From Candidatus Omnitrophota bacterium (GTDB lineage Bacteria > Omnitrophota > Gorgyraeia > Zapsychrales > JBAZNR01), in NCBI GenBank assembly GCA_041649175.1, contig JBAZNR010000001.1:258332-322331 (forward strand): DNA of 64,000 bases, given 5' to 3'. Positions 61,501-64,000 of the stretch are shown here, in pieces. Positions within the stretch are counted from its first letter, which is position 1. Every line of letters begins with the position of its first letter. The notes under the pieces were generated by a model that made no database searches, was not told the origin of the DNA, and was given only the letters and a program-made list of their open reading frames with translations. Both the position numbers and the translations under genes were made by a program.

Positions 61501-63996
61501 CGCGCCAGCCAAAGCTATTTGTTCATTATTGGACATACGCCGCAGAGCTTCGATATGTACCTTTGATGAGCGCAAGACCCGTAAGAATAACCCCATGATC
61601 TTTTGCGCTGATCTAAGCGGCCCGCTTTGATCGATCACCTCTTTGAGTATCTGGCGCGATAAATATCCCTTTGAATAACTTCCCGATAATTCTTTCAGGC
61701 GTACCTTAAGGGCAAGGACAGGTGTAATGAAAATATGGTTTACTCTTCCCGAAATATCGATAGGTGCCGAGGTTTTTAATTGGAAATTCTCCAGAAGAAG
61801 GCTCATGGTCTCATGTTCTTCCGAGGCTTTTTGAAGCGCGGTAGAAATATTTACTTTCTGCTGATAAGTAAGGTCTTGGACTTGGATCTCGTTTTGTTGC
61901 GGCAAAATTCCCTGCTCAGCACCAACAAGGCTGTCGCGAAGCGCATCTATTGCTTCGATCAAATCCTGATTAGCGATTTGCAAATTGGAAAAGACGGAAT
62001 TGATATTTTCCCACTCTTTATTCTTCAAAACCCGACGGAAGAAAACCCTAAAGATCCCTAAAGCTAATATTTTATCGCCTACGCGCAACCGCCTTGATAG
62101 CATCGTCATGTCAAGATCAGAGAATCTTAAAGCCTTTATTTGCCTTTTACCAATGTCCATGGCAAGATCATTTAACTCATTTTCAAAATCATCGTCTAAG
62201 GAAAGTTTATAGTCACTAAGAGCTTTTAGATAGACCCTGAATTTCCATGGATTATCTCTAAAGTAAAGAATGCTTTTGTGGCGGGCTAGGGCTTCCTCAT
62301 CGCCATCCAAATGCGAAAATTCATGGCGGAAAATATCTTCGCGGATAACCCAAGAAAGGTCAAAGTGTTCGGCAGGAATATGAGCCAAGTGAAAGAAATA
62401 TGGATGTAAGAATATGGTTTTGATTTCCCCATCACTGAATGCGATGTGGCTACGGGTCAGATCAAGGTCGGTGGTGATAACTAAACGCCAAGTACCTACG
62501 GCCGGCGGTGCGCGTCCGTTTTCGCTAAGGCGTTTAAAAACATTTTGCATAATTTCAAAATGCCCATCGTAAAAACCTTCAGGATCCGTTAAATCAAACC
62601 CGGATATGAAGACATCGGTTAATGTCTTTTGAATACCGAATTGTTCATCCGCCTTCTGGGCGGCTTCAGCCGGAACGCGCAGAGGATAAGCGGCAGTAAC
62701 AGGAAGATTCTCCGGACAGCTGTTATGAGGAGAAAAGTCATCATTTACATTACTCACCATTCCGAACAATGCCGGAATTAGTGAGTCGAATATATTTCCG
62801 ACTGAAGGACAGAAGCATGCCAGAGAAACTTCTTCTAATCTTGTCAGCAGAAATATTTCCTTGGGATCATATCCGGTCAGCACAATAATGTTCTCTCTGG
62901 CGAGAATAAATCTTTCCACATGAAAAACGTTAGGAAAGATCTTAAAGGCCCGTTGAACACCTTCAAGAGACGTAATATAAAAAAGTTTCCTGTGACGGAT
63001 AATTTCTTCTATGGAAACAGTTTTTCCAAAACCTTTGCTCAGTAAATACTTAACGATGATCTGTAGGTCATCTCGGATAAACTCATGTAAATTCTCCCTG
63101 GCTTCGCGCTGAGATTCAATCTTAAAATCCCGTTTGATCCTTTCAATGGAATGTTCGATTTCCTGCCCGCTTAATAAACCTTGAATAGCTTTATCGCTGA
63201 CAGATATATTTTCAATTTGTCCCATTGTAGAATCTTTAGGCAGGCTTTCCGCTTTGGGAGATCTTAAAATTTCAACTCCGTCTTTAAAATACCGGAAAAC
63301 AAAGCCGTAATCTTGGCTTAAAATGCCTAAAATCCGTCGGGTAATCTCAGTAGAAGCGGCAAACTGTGAATATTTAACAATGTCTTTCCCCTTTTGCCCG
63401 GCTGAATGAGACTTTACCATTTCCAGATATCTCGCAAAATGAGAAAAATAGGCAAACTCAATATTGCGTAATATTGTGCGGATTCTATCATTGGATAAGT
63501 TCCATTTTTTAGTTAACAACTTTATCAGATTCCGACGTTCTTGATGCGTTAATATAGAAATCTCTTGCTTACTGACTACAGTAGCACTTTCTTTCTTTTG
63601 GCTTGAAGCGGCCGCTAAGGATTTATTGCGGGGCTTAGAGGATTCCTTTTGCTTTTGAAGAGCCGCTTTTAAATTATCCAAGCTGAGATGAGTTATTTGC
63701 TCCAAAACCGGCTCGAAACCAAATTCTTCGTAAATGAGAAGCTTTTCAAAGAAAGAAGACGGCGTATTTCCGGCTCTTACCCATTTTGGAAGTTCTTTGT
63801 AAATATAGCCTTTTCGCTCTAATTCACGCAGTGCAAATTCCCTATCAACGCCAAATTCTCTTTTCACTTTGACAATCCCATTTTTGATGCTCAGGTAACG
63901 CTGTGCGTGGACAGGTTCTGTTTCTTGATCAGCCCCATAAGGCTTGAAAGACACAATAAGATCACGGCTTTTATTAATTCTTCTAAAACTAATCAA
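40576..63996 (-). CDS. giant multidomain protein of at least 7,806 aa; signalling, enzymatic and SecA-like mosaic; N-terminus unresolved at the window edge
   Basis: A single stop-free reading frame of 23.4 kb in AT-rich DNA. The first in-window codon is TTG and the frame stays open to position 64000. Recognisable domains are listed as separate entries below. Confidence 0.85.
   Translation of the reverse strand: [7806 protein letters not shown]
42037..42609 (-). other. giant ORF domain: C-terminal array of three Fis-type HTH motifs
   Basis: [91 protein letters not shown] (aa about 7130-7320). A further pair lies at aa about 5910-6020, just before the SecA-like module. Confidence 0.55.
43297..45669 (-). 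other. giant ORF domain: complete SecA-like motor (NBD1 with Walker A, NBD2, helical scaffold)
   Basis: [76 protein letters not shown] (Walker A rc verified at about 45400-45430); [45 protein letters not shown] (DEAD-like); NBD2 [16 protein letters not shown]...[15 protein letters not shown]; scaffold [20 protein letters not shown]. Each matches a canonical SecA signature in the expected order (aa about 6110-6900). Confidence 0.75.
46297..47634 (-). other. giant ORF segment: cluster of about 8 predicted transmembrane helices
   Basis: [150 protein letters not shown] (aa about 5455-5900). Confidence 0.6.
50077..50589 (-). other. giant ORF domain: OGFr_N-like (opioid growth factor receptor conserved region) domain
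   Basis: [44 protein letters not shown] resembles the ..H.YIQWLFPL.E.G.N...P.LT core of PF04664 (aa about 4470-4640). Confidence 0.4.
52897..53355 (-). other. giant ORF domain: P-loop kinase (Walker A [9 protein letters not shown], 6-phosphofructo-2-kinase/zeta-toxin-like)
   Basis: [17 protein letters not shown] (rc verified at about 53300-53345), at aa about 3548-3700. Confidence 0.55.
53662..54039 (-). other. giant ORF domain: class I SAM-dependent methyltransferase fold
   Basis: Motif I [11 protein letters not shown], then GVDIS, LIEGDI and EEGGYIVI (aa about 3320-3445). Two or three further MTase-like folds follow at aa about 4040-4220 and 4250-4430 ([10 protein letters not shown]...[21 protein letters not shown]...[11 protein letters not shown]). 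Confidence 0.55.
54637..55374 (-). other. giant ORF domain: ROK-family sugar kinase fold
   Basis: [28 protein letters not shown], ELGHV (aa about 2875-3120). Confidence 0.65.
55597..56364 (-). other. giant ORF domain: PPP-family calcineurin-like metallophosphatase
   Basis: GDPHG (IIGDPHG), GDxxDRG ([10 protein letters not shown]), GNHE (LVGNHE), HGG (MVHGG), at aa about 2545-2800. Confidence 0.7.
56737..57819 (-). other. giant ORF domain: aminoglycoside-phosphotransferase/choline-kinase-like kinase fold (APH family)
   Basis: [42 protein letters not shown] matches the HGD...N and (I)D(F/W)E..G.GD..DLA catalytic and activation motifs of PF01636 (aa about 2060-2420). Confidence 0.6.
57922..58599 (-). 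other. giant ORF domain: sigma-70 family factor-like (regions 2, 3, 4)
   Basis: Region 2-like [41 protein letters not shown]; region 4 [45 protein letters not shown] (aa about 1800-2025). Confidence 0.7.
58642..59529 (-). other. giant ORF domain: array of four Fis-type helix-turn-helix motifs
   Basis: [94 protein letters not shown] (aa about 1490-1785), in a basic, Arg/Lys-rich context. Confidence 0.6.
59677..60009 (-). other. giant ORF domain: GHKL/histidine-kinase-type ATPase (HATPase_c)
   Basis: N-box [11 protein letters not shown]1 VDNGMGM (rc at about 59868-59886 verified), G2 GTGVGL, at aa about 1330-1440. Confidence 0.7.
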
Positions 63997-64000
63997 GATC

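Noticed and set aside
40576-63996. Dozens of short plus-strand ORFs of 60-130 aa antisense to the giant gene in the ORF track, for example 41468..41680, 49385..49774 and 55613..55939.
   Set aside because: They are low-complexity antisense translations embedded within a long coding frame and have no RBS or domain signal. Shadow ORFs.
1-64000. Looked for tRNA/rRNA genes, IS elements, integrases, phage genes and CRISPR repeats.
   Set aside because: No cloverleaf-like conserved tRNA motifs, no transposase or integrase ORFs, and no regularly spaced direct repeats were seen.

Overview
Coordinates are approximate wherever I mapped protein motifs back to DNA by hand. The window is AT-rich bacterial DNA with no rRNA, tRNA, CRISPR or IS elements. 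Most genes are on the minus strand, in three blocks. Block 1 (1-11.4 kb) is housekeeping cofactor metabolism: a biotin cluster bioC(partial)-bioH-bioF-birA plus a NifS/IscS-type cysteine desulfurase; a plus-strand thiS-thiG-thiH-thiF operon; cysK; and mnmG. Block 2 (11.4-31.4 kb) is a beta-glucan/cellodextrin-type sugar utilisation locus: LacI and ROK regulators, secreted proteins carrying a novel triplicated domain, a clan GH-A hydrolase, a GPH-family MFS symporter, two ABC sugar permeases with a binding lipoprotein, a secreted protein with six tandem CBM-like repeats, and a GH94 glycoside phosphorylase. Block 3 (31.6-64 kb) is a giant-protein island: two single-domain PilZ proteins, two paralogous subtilisin(S8)-FG-GAP secreted proteases of about 1,300 aa each, and one uninterrupted minus-strand ORF of 23.4 kb (at least 7,806 aa) that runs into the window edge. 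Reading its translation, the giant ORF is a mosaic. I recognise a GHKL/histidine-kinase ATPase, two arrays of Fis-type HTH motifs, a sigma-70 family domain, an APH-like kinase, a PPP-type metallophosphatase, a ROK sugar kinase, several SAM-methyltransferase folds, a P-loop kinase, an OGFr-like domain, a transmembrane bundle, and a complete SecA-like motor with NBD1, NBD2 and helical scaffold. The domains are joined by a recurring hydrophobic junction motif, and the protein contains an internal duplication of about 400 aa. This giant gene and its neighbourhood are the standout candidate for an undescribed system. GC-rich hairpin terminators sharing a GGCGCC core punctuate the locus.
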